Assembly (NCBI GenBank): GCA_964057225.1
Contig: OZ059899.1
Span: forward strand, 5,952,001-6,016,000
Source of the DNA: Auanema rhodensis
Lineage: Eukaryota > Animalia > Nematoda
Direction of reading: 5' to 3'
Length of the DNA stretch: 64,000 nucleotides
Part shown: one piece after another, positions 60,368-64,000 of the stretch
Layout of the letters: every line of letters starts with the position of its first letter
Numbering within the stretch: the stretch's first letter is position 1
Notes under the pieces: generated by a model
The model's input: only the letters and a program-made list of their open reading frames with translations
Database searches by the model: none
Told to the model about the DNA's origin: nothing
Program-made: the position numbers and the translations under genes

Positions 60368-63300
60368 CGTCTGAATTTCTTCTTCACTAAATTAAAAGTT
60401 TTATTTAGTGTTTTGTGAGTATAGTTTTAAAATATAAGCAAAAATAACAAATGAATATATATATTTATATATATATAGGTAAGTGTTTATTGGACGGTTT
60501 AAGTGTTTACATGATATTATCTATAGCAATTTTTAGATGGTGTATATTTTTTGAAGCATTATAAAAAATCTAGGATGTTCTGCCCAGGGAAATTGAACTC
60601 GAAAGAACTGCCATTGATGTAATAGGTTTTGAATTTCGGAAATGAATTTCAATGTGGGAGTTTTCCGGAAAAGGTTAATCTTAATATAGTCAGCGGAAAT
60701 AAGTTGCCAGGTTTGGCAAGCGTAAAATGTTGGAGTGGGTGGTTAGTTCAGAATAAAAAATTTAGACCAAATTGGGAATTATACAAAAATGGAAGTAAAA
60801 TGAGTGTAGTACACAAACGCATTGATTTCCAGTGGACTTATGGAATGAATCTTAGATGAACAATATAATCTGCATATTCTCAATCCGCCTAGTTTTTGGT
60901 CTGCAGATTTAGGCTTTTGTGAATTAAAAAAAAGGTATTAAATCGCGTGGGTGATCATTGTGAACATCGTTTGAGAACACTATGCCTATACTTCAACTGA
61001 TATAGTGAAGAATGAGTAGGAGGGTGACGATTGTGGTCATCTAAATCCGGAATAAAATGTTAAGCTATCACATTGTTCTAAATATAATAGAAACAAACTC
61101 ATATAAGTAATGAACAATGTGGAAAAAAGTGTTTATACTCACGTATTCGTATATGTAAATGATTTAATCAATGATAAACATGAATATAAAAGCTTTTGAA
61201 TAACATTCAAATAACTACTTAAATTCCATAGCTATTTCAAAACGGATCATATTTAAGTTTTAGAGAAGAATCAATTTATATTATATTTATCTCAATTCCT
61301 AGAACAAATATGCATAGATCATATACACAAAATCTATATTTTTCAAACGTAGCAATTAGAGGAAGTAGCATACGTAAACTCCACCGGAAATGATTATATT
61401 TAAAGTTTGGAGGAAACGTTTCAAAACTAAAGCGTATTTTCAAAAAGCCCATAAACGAAAAAGAAATAATCAGATACTATGTTTAACCTTTGAGTAGATT
61501 TTAGGTATTCGTTTTGTATTTAAACTTCAAAAGAGGAGTGCCAATAAATAATTAGAGGTAAGAAAACGGAAAATTTGACTATGCTATCGTTAAAGGACAG
61601 AATGAAATCATTTTTGACTAAACTCAAGTTTTGACTTATAATTGAAAATGATATAAAGATTTACAAAGACAATTACTAAAGTGGAAAGAGATAATTATGA
61701 TTTTAACTACTCAGGCGAAAGTTTAGATCTACATGAGGACATTGTATACTACTTATATCTCACAAATAGATAAATAGCCTTCAAATGACATCTTATAGGA
61801 AGTACACATACTTTAAATAAAGCTGATAAGGAGTAGTCAAATATTTACAACCTTAAAAGAATACGAGGATGTACAAGGGTGAAATCATTTAAAGAACATG
61901 AAAGATAGATTATAGCTAAACAAGCTTTGTTACAATGATATAAGCTTGACTAAATTAAGCTAATAGCTAACAGCTATTCTATACAAGCCATATATTTTCT
62001 ATTGTAAGCAATGAGTGAATAATGAAATAAGAGTAGTTTGATATGATAGGCGTTTGAGCATATGTCCATGTACAAGTTGCAAGTATATATATGGACATAG
62101 ATATAGATATAGTTACATATAGATAAACATACATATGTATACATGTATATATGCAATAGTTTGCTTCTGATGGCAACAGATGACGTAAACGAAGAAAAAT
62201 ATATATTCAAAAAGGCCGTAATAATTATGAGATAATTTTTTTTATTTATTCACAATATTAAATTTTGATTTTAATTTTACACTCAAAAATGTCAACAACG
62301 AATTAATTGAATGTTTAAGTATTGGCTAGTAGCAGCTAAAAAAAACGATGTTTGACGAGATAACGAACTGAAGTTACTATAGCATTATGAGTGAATACTA
62401 TTATTAATGTCGCAAAATGATTTTTGTCACATGGTTATTTTACAAATCTGGTAAAAGAGGATATAACACTTTGATATTTTCTGTATATATATATATTTAT
62501 ATGTATATGTACATTGATCTAATGTACAATCCAAAGATCATCTTTTAATAAAGTTTCAATTTCTTCATCCAGTTGCATGCTGCATTCTTGAATGTTAATT
62601 TATCAATATGAGTGTTAAACTGGCTCACATCACTTAAGATGAAGTTATTACGAAGATCCAGCATGCATATGCATAATATCATTATGCAATCTATGAAGCT
62701 AAATAATTAGCTTTTTGAGAACGTTGTATGATGATATCAGCATACAAATATCAATTACGCATATATGAGGATGTTTTTTGGGTTTATGAGATATTTTGAA
62801 AAATAGTTTTTCTAATTTTAATAAGCAAAATCTGAAACATATATGTTATGTTTATTCATTCTGCTCTTTGATAATCAATCTTCCTAGAGATGAAAACTCA
62901 CTTGCTGCTATGAAATCTAATTAAAACAGGATGATTATTCGGATACACAACTAGGACCACATATAATAAAGAAAGATATCAAAACTATTGACATGACATC
63001 AAATTTTCTCACATATATATATACATACACATATGAAGTTAACTCCGAAATCTCAAAAGAAATAGCTGCATCAATATAGGTTTTCTAGCTTCTGCACTTC
63101 TGTTGACGGGAATATATAATGTTAATATAATCTTTTCGAAAGGAACTAGTTAAGTAAAAAGACAGAAGATCTTACAAAATTGTGCTATTAGATAAGTAAT
63201 AGAAGCTCAGTAACGAAAAAGCTTTTTTTATTTTTAAATTAGTGGCTTCATTCACATATATTTTGTTTGACGTAGTAAGCTGAACAACTACAACTTCTAC

Positions 63301-64000
63301 TACTTTAAATAAGTAGGAGTAGAAATTAAAATAGAAGAAACTTTGATATGATAGAGCACGGCATTATTTATATTAAATCTGTGAGCATAGTGATATGAAG
63401 TATTTGAAATCTTAAGTAATTCTTAGTCGTAGTTTCAACACTTAAATGCCATTATTTCATCACATAGAGTAAATGTCAGGTCTTTAGTGAAATCTGTATA
63501 TACTTCAAAGTCTAACATTGAGTGTTTTTATCTTATGTTATTCTTGTTGAATATAATTAATCACGTCATATGAAAAGAAGACAAAAGAAGTACTGAAAGG
63601 TAATGAACTAATCTTGAGGGCGGATGAAAAAGAACTTACATGTATATGCATGCAATTCAAGTAGCAATTTTTGTTCAATAAGGTTGAAGAGGAATCCGAA
63701 AGACTGAGACGAAAAGCAATAAAAAAATCTAATCAGGTGAATTTGTATTTTGCTTTCTGGAAAAAAAAAGTATGTTTTCTTATTTCTTTGAAAATAAATT
63801 GCTTTCAAAAAAACCAGTTGTAAATGAATATCAAAATAAGCTGGCTTTCATTGCCAGAAGTTCTTTTTTGTATATGAAACTAATAAGATGTATTTATATC
63901 TCTAGGAAACATATAAGATAATGACGGAATTGAATACAAAAATATAATAAAGCTTTGATATTTATCCAAATGTATTTATATGTTCATACTAAATATACTA

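Noticed and set aside
60400-64000. Short ORFs, TA-rich tracts and mariner-like TACAAGGGTG/TACGAGG words
   Set aside because: Low-complexity AT-rich DNA with no paired terminal inverted repeats or transposase remnants.

Overview
This is AT-rich eukaryotic DNA from a nematode, most likely a compact-genome rhabditid: it has very short introns (about 39-45 nt), TTTCAG-type acceptors just before several start codons, and cuticle collagens. Manual splicing gives 17 protein-coding genes. In order: a 5'-part of tbb-4-type beta-tubulin (-), a chitin-binding chondroitin proteoglycan (-), NEMF/Rqc2 (+), two small unknown genes (+), and a neuromedin-U-receptor-like GPCR (+). Next is a tight minus-strand run: pbo-6, a FUBP/KH gene, WDR6, dpff-1, an unknown TM gene and ATP synthase subunit b. 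After it come an orphan single-pass TM gene (-), U2SURP/SR140 (-) with one cuticle collagen nested in its intron and a near-identical collagen just upstream, PIKfyve/ppk-3 (-), and an allatostatin-C-like neuropeptide precursor (-). I could not support any rRNA, tRNA, CRISPR or intact transposon. The most notable observations are: (1) a gene-converted collagen pair that brackets the 5' exons of SR140; (2) Tyr at benzimidazole-site residue 167 of the tubulin; (3) a candidate 5-gene operon with a shared promoter 12-mer; (4) a GC/TATA island inside dpff-1; (5) a multi-hairpin intergenic element; (6) orphan genes missed by the ORF track. Gene names come from my recollection of C. elegans and human sequences, not from database searches.
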